A DNA stretch of 61,549 nt, filler included, from Desulfobacterales bacterium (GTDB taxonomy: Bacteria; Desulfobacterota; Desulfobacteria; Desulfobacterales; Desulfatibacillaceae): NCBI GenBank assembly GCA_020057225.1. It is 4 parts of 4 records of this genome, joined end to end, with 100 filler letters (N's around TTAATTAATTAA, not from the genome) between each part and the next. Parts side by side here need not be neighbours in the genome. Positions count along the whole stretch, not along the records: positions 1 to 22,921 come from JAGVGH010000200.1; 3 more parts are not named here. One strand, given 5' to 3'. The notes under the pieces were generated by a model. The model saw only the letters and a program-made list of their open reading frames with translations. It did not search any database and was not told the DNA's origin. The position numbers and the translations under genes are program-made. This document shows positions 9,974 through 18,624 of the stretch, piece by piece. Within the stretch, counting starts at the first letter, position 1. Every line of letters starts with the position of its first letter.

Positions 9974-11788
9974 ATGGATGTGTTCGGGTCTGGAAGTGCG
10001 GCGCGGCGCGCCGTTCGGGCCGCATGGTTTGCGGCGGCCTTGACGTTTGTTCTTTTTGCGGGGGCGGCGGACGCGGGGGCCTGGTGGAGCGAAGAATGGC
10101 AATACCGGAAAAAGCTGGGTTTCGACACCAGCGCGTCCGGCCTGGACGTGGCGGAAAATCTTTCCTTTGTGCCGGTTTTACTGCGTTTGCACGCGGGCAA
10201 CTGGAACTTCGCCAACGCGGCGGCGGACGGAACAGACATCCGTTTTGTGGCGGCGGACGAGAAGACGCTGCTTAAATACCACATTGAAAAATACGACGCG
10301 GCGGATGAGACGGGCCTTCTTTGGCTGCAAGTCCCTTCCCTTGCGGGCGGGCAAAAAACGGAATTCGTGTGGGTGTATTACGGGAACCCCAAGGCTGTGG
10401 GAGGACAGGACGCGGGAGGAACCTACGACGCCAGCCAGGCGGCGGTCTGGCACCTTGCGGAGGCCGAAGGTCCGCCCAAGGATTCCACCGCGTACGCCAA
10501 CAACGTCACGGCGTATTCCGGAGTACAGGGAATGCCTTCGATCATTTACAAGGGCGTTGTCTTCAGCGGAGCCGGGGACAAGATGTCCGTCGCGGCCTCG
10601 CCCTCTCTGGACTTTAAGGCGGGCTTCACCCTGGCGGCCTGGGTGCGTGTGGGCGGACCGGTGGAGGACGGATGGCTCTTTTGCCGGGAATCCGGAGACA
10701 AACGCCTTGTGGCGGGAGTGGATGGCGCAAGCGCTTATATAAGGGTTGAGCCGGGCGGCGGGGCCCCCGCCATTGAGACCGAGCGGAGCGTAAGCCTTTC
10801 TCCGGGAGCCTGGCACCATCTCGCCTTCACCATCGAGCCCGCAGGCCGCATGAGCGCCTACCTGGACGGCCTGCCCGTGACCTACACACAGCTTCCAACC
10901 GGTATCCCGCCTTTGGACGGCCCCCTTGCCATCGGCGGGTCGCCCGCGGACACCTTCTTTTTTACCGGAGACGTGGATGAGGTTTCCATCTCCAATACCG
11001 CAAGACCCGCGGCCGCCATCCGCGCCCTTGCGCGAAGCCAGCGCCAGGACGCGAACTGGCTCATGTTTTCGGAGGAGGAGCTTGCGGACACCGGCATGGG
11101 AATGCCCGCCCTGTATCTGGATACAGTCATTGAAAACATCACTCTGGACGGCTGGCTTATCATTGGCGTGCTGGGTGTTTTCGCCGTGCTTTCCTGGATT
11201 GTGTTCTTCATGAAAACCATGCTCTTCCAGATGATGGGGCGCCTGGACAGACGGTTTGCCATTGAGTTTGAAAACGCGCCGGACCTGTTTGCGCTGGAAG
11301 GCAGGGAAAAGGAGTATGGGGCGTCTCCCCGTTACCGGGTGTACGCCGCGGCCATGAAAGAGCTTGTCCGGGTGTACGGCGGCGCGGAGGCGGCGGGCCG
11401 GGTGAAAAACATGCCTCCTGTCATTCTCAAGTCGGTCACCGCGTCCATGGAGAGGACCTATACCCGGGAGACCCAACGGTTCAACGCCTGGGTGCTTATT
11501 CTTACCCTGTCGGTTTCCGGCGGGCCGTTTCTGGGTCTTCTCGGCACGGTCTGGGGGGTTATGAGCACTTTTGCCGCGCTGGCGGAGGCGGGGGAGGCCA
11601 ATCTGGCCGCCATCGCCCCGGGCGTGGCCTCGGCCCTCTCCACCACTGTGGTGGGCCTTCTCGTGGCCATTCCCGCGCTGTTCGCCTACAACTACCTTGC
11701 GGCCCGAATCCGCTTTTTCTCCACTGAAACCGGCCTTTTCATTGACGAGCTCGCCAACCGGCTGGAAGCAACCCACGGGGGGAACTGA
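9974..11788 (+). CDS. exbB: DUF2341 + LamG/ConA-like domain fused to MotA/TolQ/ExbB proton channel
   Basis: Signal peptide, WWSEEWQYRKKL, DGTDIRFV and YYGNP (DUF2341); WHHLAFT...FTGDVDEV (LamG); PFLGLLGTVWGVM and IAPGVASAL..TVVGLLVAIPA (ExbB TM2/TM3); ATG 9974 after GAGG. Confidence 0.9.
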   Translation: MDVFGSGSAARRAVRAAWFAAALTFVLFAGAADAGAWWSEEWQYRKKLGFDTSASGLDVAENLSFVPVLLRLHAGNWNFANAAADGTDIRFVAADEKTLLKYHIEKYDAADETGLLWLQVPSLAGGQKTEFVWVYYGNPKAVGGQDAGGTYDASQAAVWHLAEAEGPPKDSTAYANNVTAYSGVQGMPSIIYKGVVFSGAGDKMSVAASPSLDFKAGFTLAAWVRVGGPVEDGWLFCRESGDKRLVAGVDGASAYIRVEPGGGAPAIETERSVSLSPGAWHHLAFTIEPAGRMSAYLDGLPVTYTQLPTGIPPLDGPLAIGGSPADTFFFTGDVDEVSISNTARPAAAIRALARSQRQDANWLMFSEEELADTGMGMPALYLDTVIENITLDGWLIIGVLGVFAVLSWIVFFMKTMLFQMMGRLDRRFAIEFENAPDLFALEGREKEYGASPRYRVYAAAMKELVRVYGGAEAAGRVKNMPPVILKSVTASMERTYTRETQRFNAWVLILTLSVSGGPFLGLLGTVWGVMSTFAALAEAGEANLAAIAPGVASALSTTVVGLLVAIPALFAYNYLAARIRFFSTETGLFIDELANRLEATHGGN

Positions 11789-11789
11789 C

Positions 11790-12206
11790 ATGGGCATGCG
11801 GGGAAGGCAGCTTTTTGACAACAAGACCATGGACGAGTTGAACGTCACGCCGCTTCTGGATTTGGCATGGACGCTTCTGGTGGTGTTCATCATTTCCATT
11901 ACCGCGGCCATTCAGGGCATCAAGATCAATCTGCCCAAGGCCAGCGCGGCGCCCAGCCTGCAGAAGCCTAAAACCAAGGCAATTTCCATCCAGGCCAGCG
12001 GCCAGATTTATCTCGACACATACCCTGTGACCCTGGAGGAGCTGGAGAATCTGCTTCGGCAGTACCACGCGGCGGACCCGGAGCTTCCCGTGGTGGTGAA
12101 GGGGGACGAGAAAGTCTATTACGCGAGGGTGGTCGAGGTGTTGGATGTTTTGAACCGTCTGGAGATATCGCGGCTGGGGCTTGTGACCCAGCGGCTTGTA
12201 AAGTGA
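11790..12206 (+). CDS. exbD: Biopolymer transporter ExbD/TolR
   Basis: ELNVTPLLDLAWTLLVVFII with the conserved TM Asp, INLPKA, VVVKGD..V.Y..VVEVLD; starts 1 nt after the exbB stop. Confidence 0.92.
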   Translation: MGMRGRQLFDNKTMDELNVTPLLDLAWTLLVVFIISITAAIQGIKINLPKASAAPSLQKPKTKAISIQASGQIYLDTYPVTLEELENLLRQYHAADPELPVVVKGDEKVYYARVVEVLDVLNRLEISRLGLVTQRLVK

Positions 12207-12237
12207 GAGAAGGGCCGTGAGGCCCAAGGAGGATTTT

Positions 12238-12933
12238 ATGTCAGGACCAAACCAGTCCCATGTCCGGATGTGGGTTATGTCTGCGGGGATAGCCCTTGTG
12301 ATTCTTCTTGCCGGGGCCGCCGCGGTTGGCGCTCTTTTAAAAGACGACGACGGGTCCAAGAAGAAACGGGCCATGGCCATGGTGCAGCTTTTACCGCCGC
12401 CTCCGCCGCCTAAAATTGAGGAACAGCCGCCCGAGCCGGAGGTGGAGGAGAAAGAAGAAGTGGCCGAGGAGGAAATCGAAGGCCCAACGCCCGAAGAGGC
12501 GGATGCCGCGCCCGAGGAGGCGCCGCCCGGAGAGCAGCTTGGAGTGGACGCGGACGGCTCCGCCGGAGGCGACGCGTTTGGGCTGGTGGGCAAAAAGGGC
12601 GGACGCGCGCTTATCGGGAGCAACCCGGGCGACGGCGCCGGGGCCCTTAGGCGCTACGCCTGGTACAATCAGGCGGTTGAGAAGGCTGTCCGGGCCAAGC
12701 TGGACGGGCTTCTGGAGGCTGAAAAAGGGCTTGCCGGAAAAGGCCTCGCCGCCGAGGTCGAGCTGTTTCTCGACGCGGACGGTGTAATTCAGAGCCACCG
12801 CATCCGCAAATCCAGCGGCAACAAGGAGATGGACGCGCTTCTCGCCCGCGCCCTGGGCATGGTGCGGCTGGACGAGCCGCCTCCCGAGGGCATGCCGCGG
12901 GGTCTGCGCATTCAAATCCAGGCCCGGGGATAG
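12238..12933 (+). CDS. TonB-like energy transducer (TM anchor, Pro/Glu-rich linker, TonB_C/TolA-like domain)
   Basis: AGGAGG RBS; N-terminal TM; LPPPPPPKIEEQPPEPE linker; C-terminal KSSGNKEMDALL...PPP. Confidence 0.85.
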   Translation: MSGPNQSHVRMWVMSAGIALVILLAGAAAVGALLKDDDGSKKKRAMAMVQLLPPPPPPKIEEQPPEPEVEEKEEVAEEEIEGPTPEEADAAPEEAPPGEQLGVDADGSAGGDAFGLVGKKGGRALIGSNPGDGAGALRRYAWYNQAVEKAVRAKLDGLLEAEKGLAGKGLAAEVELFLDADGVIQSHRIRKSSGNKEMDALLARALGMVRLDEPPPEGMPRGLRIQIQARG

Positions 12934-13002
12934 ACAGGACAACAACCGCCAAGGCGGGGCAACAACTTTTATAAGGCCCGGCCTGTCCGGGACAGGTGGA
13001 AC

Positions 13003-14712
13003 ATGGTTTTTCGCTTAAACAACAGATGGAATAGCACGGGAAGGCTGCCCGCCAAGGTCCTTGGGGCATTCCTTGCCCTGGCCTTGTGGTCCCTTGCGGC
13101 AGGCCCTGCAGCGGCTCAGGAAAAAGCGCTTCCCTCGGACGGAGACGGAGTGGAGGCCCTTATCCTCCTTCTCAAGGAAAAGGGCGTTCTCACGGACCAG
13201 GAGGCTGCGGGCATTGTCACGCGCATGCGCTCCGGGAAAACCGCCGGTCAAAAGGCGCCGCCGGAGCCTGCCGTGGGTCTCTCGGTTCCGCCTCCGGACA
13301 AGGAGGCCCTTGTCCGGGAGGTCACCGAGCGTGTGCGGCAGGGCATAGGTCAGGACGTGAAAAAAGACACTGAATTTCTGCAAAACGAAATGCTGCGCCG
13401 GAACCGCGCCCAGGAGCGGCGGGTGGAGACCATTGAAAAAACCCTCCGGGAAGAGGTGGGAGAGGCGCAGAGGAAATCCTCGTGGGCCGAGCGGGTGCAG
13501 TGGGGCGGGGATGTGCGCCTACGGTATCAGGGCGACTACTTCGCCAACACCAACGCGGACCTCTTAAGGCCCGACAAGCCCACCGAGCTCATGAACACCA
13601 AGAAGGACAGAAGCCGGGGGAGAATCCGCGCGCGTATCGAGGCAAAAGCCGCCGTGAACGGGCCGCCACTCTACAACGCCAAGGTGGTGGACAAGGTGGA
13701 GGCGGGGGTGCGTCTTGCCACAGGCACCGAGGAGGACCCGGTTTCCACCAACGACACCCTGGGCGACTACATGAACAAGGACACCGTGACTCTGGACCGG
13801 GCGTTTCTCAAGTGGAGCGCGTCTTTGGCCCAGCCTGTGTGGAACGAGCGCAAGCCCCGCGTGTTTCTCACAGGGGGACGTGTCGCCAATCCCTTTATGG
13901 CCACGGGCCTGGTGTGGGACAGCGATGTGAACCTGGAGGGCCTGGCCCTTGGGTTTGAGAGCGACGCCGGTTACCGTCCGGGCCTGAACGGCTTCTTGAC
14001 AGCAGGGGTTTTTCCTTTGCAGGAAGTGGAGTTCTTTTCCGAAGACAAATATCTCTACGGGTTTCAGGCCGGGCTGCATTACGCCCGGGGCACCGCGTGG
14101 TTTGCGCGGCTTGCCGCGGGGTATTATGACTACCGGCATGTGGAGGGGGTTCCCAACGACCCCTTGCGTCCCAATGAGAAAGACTATACCGCTCCCAAGT
14201 TCCAGCAAAAGGGCAACACCTTGATTGACCTTGACCCTGCCGCAGGCAGCTTCAAGGCGGGCCTTGCCTCGGACTACGACTTGCTGGACGTGGCCGGGGT
14301 TTTGGACCTGGGGTATTTCCATCCTCTCCGCGTGGTGCTCACGGCGGATTATGTCAAGAATATCGGATTTGACCGGAACAAGGTCCGGCTTCGCACAGGG
14401 AACCCTGCGGTGGAGGAGAACACCCAGGGGGTTTACGGGAGCCTCTTGGCGGGACAGCCGAAAATTCTTGGCCGGGGGGACTGGAACGTATCCCTCGCGT
14501 ATGAATACCTGGAAAGCGACGCGGCCTTGGACGCCTTTACCGACTCGGATTTCCATCTGGGCGGCACCAACGCCCAGGGATGGATACTGGCCGGAGAGTA
14601 CGGGCTTTCCGACAATTTCTGGCTGGGTTCCCGCTGGATCTCCACGGATGAGATAGACGGCCCGCAACTTGCTGTGGACACATGGCAGTTGGACCTGAAC
14701 GCGAGCTATTGA
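13003..14712 (+). CDS. Putative outer-membrane porin with N-terminal helical periplasmic extension
   Basis: Signal peptide; LILLLKEKGVLT; WAERVQWGGDVRLRY; R.R.R.R.; DSDFHLGGTN; terminal aromatic residue (DLNASY). Confidence 0.85.
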   Translation: MVFRLNNRWNSTGRLPAKVLGAFLALALWSLAAGPAAAQEKALPSDGDGVEALILLLKEKGVLTDQEAAGIVTRMRSGKTAGQKAPPEPAVGLSVPPPDKEALVREVTERVRQGIGQDVKKDTEFLQNEMLRRNRAQERRVETIEKTLREEVGEAQRKSSWAERVQWGGDVRLRYQGDYFANTNADLLRPDKPTELMNTKKDRSRGRIRARIEAKAAVNGPPLYNAKVVDKVEAGVRLATGTEEDPVSTNDTLGDYMNKDTVTLDRAFLKWSASLAQPVWNERKPRVFLTGGRVANPFMATGLVWDSDVNLEGLALGFESDAGYRPGLNGFLTAGVFPLQEVEFFSEDKYLYGFQAGLHYARGTAWFARLAAGYYDYRHVEGVPNDPLRPNEKDYTAPKFQQKGNTLIDLDPAAGSFKAGLASDYDLLDVAGVLDLGYFHPLRVVLTADYVKNIGFDRNKVRLRTGNPAVEENTQGVYGSLLAGQPKILGRGDWNVSLAYEYLESDAALDAFTDSDFHLGGTNAQGWILAGEYGLSDNFWLGSRWISTDEIDGPQLAVDTWQLDLNASY

Positions 14713-14750
14713 AATAGTTCCTGAGCGCCGTCAGAGAAAGGAATGAAGGT

Positions 14751-15479
14751 ATGGCCAGAGGTTTGAAAAAGGTGTTCGCACTGGTGCTGATGTGCGGCCT
14801 GGGTCTTGGGGCGGGACTGGCCTTTGGGGCATGGAGGATGAACCTTCTTGCGGAACGCCACGCTTACGCGATGGATAAAGCCGGGGAAACCATCGGTTCC
14901 CTGAAACGCAAATACCAGGAGGAAAAAGCTCTCGCGGAGAGTTTGCAGGGGATGCGTGTTAGCCTGGAAGGCAAGGCCCGCGTGGCGCTTGCCAAGGCGG
15001 ACAAGATCAAGGCGGAGACAGACACGGCGCTGGCCAAGGCCGCGGAGGAAAAAGCGGCGCTCGCCGCAGCGCTCGCCAAGATGACCGCGGACTATGAGGC
15101 GCGCGGGGAAAACATCGCCAAGTGGTCCACAGCATACGAGGAGCTCAAAACAAAGCACGCGGAGACGCTCGCGGCCGCGGAAAAAAAGGCGGAGGAGCTG
15201 GGGCGGGCCCTGGAAGGGGCGCGGGCGGAACTGGCAGGCGCGAAGGAGACCCTTGGCGGGACGGACCGGGACCTTCGCCGTTGCGCGGAGCACAACGCCA
15301 GGCTGTGCGTTCTGGCGGAGGAGCTGGTGGTGTTGTATGAGAACAAAGGGGTCTTGAGCGCTGTGATGCAGAAGGAGCCGCTTACCCAGATTAAAAAGGT
15401 GGAAGTGGAAGGGCTTGGCCGGGAGTACGCCGATAAAATCGCGGAGCTGCGCCGTGAAAAGAGCAAGGAAAACAGGTAA
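14751..15479 (+). CDS. Membrane-anchored/exported coiled-coil protein of the FHA-ExbBD-TonB locus
   Basis: N-terminal hydrophobic segment, long Ala/Glu/Lys heptads, C-terminal HNARL...LYENKGV...EPLTQIKKVEVE...Y.DKI. Confidence 0.75.
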   Translation: MARGLKKVFALVLMCGLGLGAGLAFGAWRMNLLAERHAYAMDKAGETIGSLKRKYQEEKALAESLQGMRVSLEGKARVALAKADKIKAETDTALAKAAEEKAALAAALAKMTADYEARGENIAKWSTAYEELKTKHAETLAAAEKKAEELGRALEGARAELAGAKETLGGTDRDLRRCAEHNARLCVLAEELVVLYENKGVLSAVMQKEPLTQIKKVEVEGLGREYADKIAELRREKSKENR

Positions 15480-15531
15480 TTGCACAAGTCCCGAAAGGGA
15501 TGTTTTTGTGGATGGCGATGCGCCCCAATCC

Positions 15532-15600
15532 GTCATTCCCGCGAAGGCGGGAATCCATAACGGGTTGAAAAGACGGGATTCCAGCCTGCGCGGGAATGAC
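15532..15600. repeat. dRS3/RPE-like palindromic element
   Basis: GTCATTCCCGCGAAGGCGGGAATCC...GGATTCCAGCCTGCGCGGGAATGAC; contains ATTCCC-N8-GGGAAT. Confidence 0.8.
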
Positions 15601-15649
15601 AACCAGGCGAACGTTCCACAATGGGCAAGAGCGGTATCCCTATTTTGCA

Positions 15650-16527
15650 ATGACCTCAAAAAAAAGAGGGTTCCGGCCAGTAACCCTTGCCGGACGGGGC
15701 AGGGCGGCGCGCACCGGGCTGTGGCTTTTTCGCTCTGTGGACTGGCTCTTGCGGGCGTTCTATGGGTGACGCCGGTCCTTGCTGTCAGCGGGCTGCGGGA
15801 AATCGCCCTGGAAGGCGGCCGTGTGACGTTGCGCGCCCGGGACGCGGACAAGGAGGCCCTTGCCGGGGAAATCGCGCGGGTGGCCGGTCTCAAGGTGGTC
15901 ATCATCCAAAACCAGGGCGTGTCCGATGTGAGCCTCGACCTTGTGGCGCGGCCTGTTGGGGACGCGCTGGCCGCCGTGCTTCGGGACTGCAGTTACGCGG
16001 TCATCCACGGGGCGGGCGCGGGCGCTGTGGAAAGCCGGGTGGCGGGCGGAGGGACCGGGAGCGGCCCGGGAGAGACAGCGCCCGGCGGGTCCGGGGGAAC
16101 GGAGACCGGGGCGGAGTCGGTCCAAGGCCCGGAGGAGGGACAAGGGAAAGCGCTGGCCGGGGCTTCTGAAGAGGCCGGCGGCCCGAAGACCGGAACGGAA
16201 AGCGCGTCCTTGGCGGAGTGGAAACCGGGCATGCCCAAAACCGCCATGGAGGCCGGGGTATCCAGATTGGAGATATCCCATCCCGGGGGCGCGGGAATGC
16301 CGGAGATATTCGCGCGGAACCCCCTTTCCCCGGGGGAGACTCTGGACGCCCGGGAGGAGCGCGTGCTGTTTTTGGAAAAGCAAATCGCCATGCTGGAGGC
16401 CCGGGTGCAAAGCGGAGAGGCGGACCGGGACCACGCGCTGTGGTCCAAGGTCCGGGGCGCGCGGTTTGCCCAGAGCGACCGGGAGCGGCTGACGTATTAT
16501 CAAGGGGAGCTTGCAAAAATGCGTTGA
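15650..16527 (+). CDS. Exported protein with STN/secretin-N0-like domain (start uncertain: ATG 15650 needs +1 A in an A8 run; in-frame GTG at 15721)
   Basis: Signal-like AVAFSLCGLALAGVLWVTPVLA, then RVTLRARDAD...EIARVAGLKVVI...VSLDL..RPVGDALAAVLRD; low-complexity Gly/Glu linker. Confidence 0.6.
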
Positions 16528-16543
16528 GGGCAAACGCGCCCTT

Positions 16544-16834
16544 TTAGGGTGTCTTTTCTAATCCCGTTCCGATACGCGCGATGCCATGTTAGTGTGCCCC
16601 GGCATCCTGCCGGGGCTCCATAAGTTAGAAAAAATTACAAAATCATAGACTTGCTGTTCGTTTCCCAAAACTCCGGCAAGATGCCGGAGACGTAACCCTT
16701 CAATCGGCACGGAATTCCGACCAACGCTCTATCTGTTCTTTTGTGGCATTTTCCACAATCCCGTCCCGGTTTAATGCGCCCTGGAGCGGACAGGACGGTC
16801 AACCCAACCGGCACGGAATTCTGACAACCGCAAT
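16544..16834. mobile_element. Two adjacent degenerate MITE-like elements (shell AATCCCGTTCCGAT...ATCGGCACGGAATT)
   Basis: Imperfect terminal inverted repeats resembling those of 18915-19142; internal palindromes CCCCGGCATCCTGCCGGGG and CTCCGGCAAGATGCCGGAG. Confidence 0.5.
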
Positions 16835-16950
16835 AAACACCCTGCCAACCGCCCCTTCCCTTGATTTGCCGCCGGACATGCTGTACCCGTTAAATACGTT
16901 GCGGCGTCCAATACCGCCGCGAATTCAAGGAACCCGCGCGGAGCAGCTCC

Positions 16951-17844
16951 ATGAGCCTCGTTTTTTCGCCTGTCACCCTGGAGGAGCAGGCCCGGTATCA
17001 GAACCTTTTCGACAAGTGCCCCGGCAAAACCAGCGATCTGTCCTTCATCAACATTTGGGGCTACGCCCTTGCCTACGGCATGGAGTGGGCCTTTGCGGAC
17101 GGTCTTGCCTGGCTGCGAAGGACAGCGCCTGTCATGGAATACCGGGCGCCTGTGGGGCCCTGGGACAGCCTGGACTGGGACGCGCTTCTCTCCTTACGCT
17201 TTCCCGATGGCGCCCGGTTCGCCCGGGTTCCGGAGACCCTGGCGCGGCTTCTTTCCGCGTGTCTTCCGGGAAAAACCGTGTTGGAAGAGGCGCGCGGGGA
17301 CTGGGAATACGTGTATTCGGTGCCGGAGTTGACAGACCTGCCAGGGAGGAAGTATCACACAAAAAAGAACCATCTGAACCGGTTTTTGGCGGAATACTCC
17401 CACGTGTATGTTGAGATGACGGCGGAGAACGCTTTCGAGGCCCTGGCGCTTCAGGAGGAATGGTGCCGGTGGCGGGAATGCGGGGCGGACGCTGTTTTGG
17501 AGGCGGAGAATTCCTGTGTGGAGAGGGTGCTGGCCAACTGGAGGGCGTTTCCCGGGATCAGGGGCGGCATGCTGCGGGTGGAGGGACGGATAGCGGCGTA
17601 CACGGTGGGGGAGGCGCTCACGCCGGAGATGCTGGTGATTCATTTTGAGAAGGGCGACCCTCTTGTCCGGGGGGTGTACCAGGCTGTGAACCGGGAGTTT
17701 TTGCTGAATGCCGGAGCGGGTTTCATTTGGGTGAACCGGGAGCAGGATTTGGATGATGAGGGGCTGAGGCGGGCCAAGCTGAGTTATCGTCCTGTGGATT
17801 TTTTGCGTAAATACGGTGTGGCATGGAAGGGGAGGGCGGGATAG
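16951..17844 (+). CDS. DUF2156 / phosphatidylglycerol lysyltransferase C-terminal domain protein
   Basis: SDLSFINIWG, EYVY...L.DL.GRKYH.KKNHLNRF, IHFEKG, G.YQAVN, VNREQDL...GLRRAKLSYRP. Confidence 0.88.
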   Translation: MSLVFSPVTLEEQARYQNLFDKCPGKTSDLSFINIWGYALAYGMEWAFADGLAWLRRTAPVMEYRAPVGPWDSLDWDALLSLRFPDGARFARVPETLARLLSACLPGKTVLEEARGDWEYVYSVPELTDLPGRKYHTKKNHLNRFLAEYSHVYVEMTAENAFEALALQEEWCRWRECGADAVLEAENSCVERVLANWRAFPGIRGGMLRVEGRIAAYTVGEALTPEMLVIHFEKGDPLVRGVYQAVNREFLLNAGAGFIWVNREQDLDDEGLRRAKLSYRPVDFLRKYGVAWKGRAG

Positions 17845-17876
17845 TTTTGGGGGGGCGGAAAAACTCCACTTTTGGG

Positions 17877-17917
17877 TTGACAATTCGGCGCGCTAAACCT
17901 ACCATGGAGGTAGGTTT
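17877..17917 (+). promoter_or_regulatory. Sigma70-type promoter with overlapping 8-7-8 inverted repeat (candidate Rrf2 operator)
   Basis: TTGACA(17877)-N17-TACCAT(17900); AAACCTAC-N7-GTAGGTTT at 17895-17917. Confidence 0.6.
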
Positions 17918-18010
17918 TTGGCCGCGCGGGTTCCGCGGCAAGGCTATGCAACTCCAAAGGGCATGTGAAAAAAGGAACATGGAACGCGGGCATACCCCTT
18001 AACCCGGCAA

Positions 18011-18125
18011 AGCCGGAAAGAAGGCTTTAGGCTTTAGGCTTTAGGGCTGGCTGCAAACGGCCTGTTTTTGAAGGCCGCGCCATTATCCACGCAAAAAGCG
18101 CGGATAATCCGGACATAGAATCTAA
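18011..18125. repeat. Dispersed ~110-bp repeat (GGCTTTA heptamers plus ATTATCC..GC-AAAAA-GCGCGGATAAT palindrome)
   Basis: Near-identical copy at about 54686-54793; palindrome core repeated at about 18873-18908. Confidence 0.8.
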
Positions 18126-18183
18126 CAACCACTCGCTCCTTTTCCAGACGCCCCGCCAACCACCAACCTGACAGAGGTCCACC

Positions 18184-18624
18184 GTGAGACTTACCACCCG
18201 CAGCCGCTATGGCACCCGCATGGTGCTGGACATGGCCCAGCACGGAAAAAACGGTCTTGTCCGCATCGAAGACATCGCCCGGCGCCAGGACATCTCCGCC
18301 AAATACCTCGAAAAACTCGTGCGCCAGCTCAAGGGCACGGGCTACATCAAAAGCCGAAGAGGTCCCAACGGCGGCCACGCCCTCGCCAAACCGCCCGGGG
18401 AAATCACCATTGGTGAAATCGTGCGCGTGCTGGAAGGCACCCCCTCCCTGGTGGACTGCTCGGGCAACTCCCAGAACTGCCCCCGCCTGGAGGAGTGCCT
18501 CACCCACCGGGCCTGGCAGGAGGTGACGCGGGTCATGTATGAGAAACTCGACTCCATCACCCTGGAGGACCTCCTCGAAAGCCCCAGGCCATGCTCTTTG
18601 GAGAAGAACCCGGAAAACCCCTGA
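18184..18624 (+). CDS. Rrf2 family transcriptional regulator, probably Fe-S binding (IscR-like ligands)
   Basis: MRLTTRSRYG, YLEKL, S.RG.NGG..LA; C-x6-C-x5-C-x2-H (CSGNSQNCPRLEECLTH). Confidence 0.92.
   Translation: MRLTTRSRYGTRMVLDMAQHGKNGLVRIEDIARRQDISAKYLEKLVRQLKGTGYIKSRRGPNGGHALAKPPGEITIGEIVRVLEGTPSLVDCSGNSQNCPRLEECLTHRAWQEVTRVMYEKLDSITLEDLLESPRPCSLEKNPENP

Noticed and set aside
15415..15649. N-terminal extension of the 370-aa ORF (VIPAKAGIH...)
   Set aside because: It is the translation of the palindromic repeat and overlaps the upstream gene.
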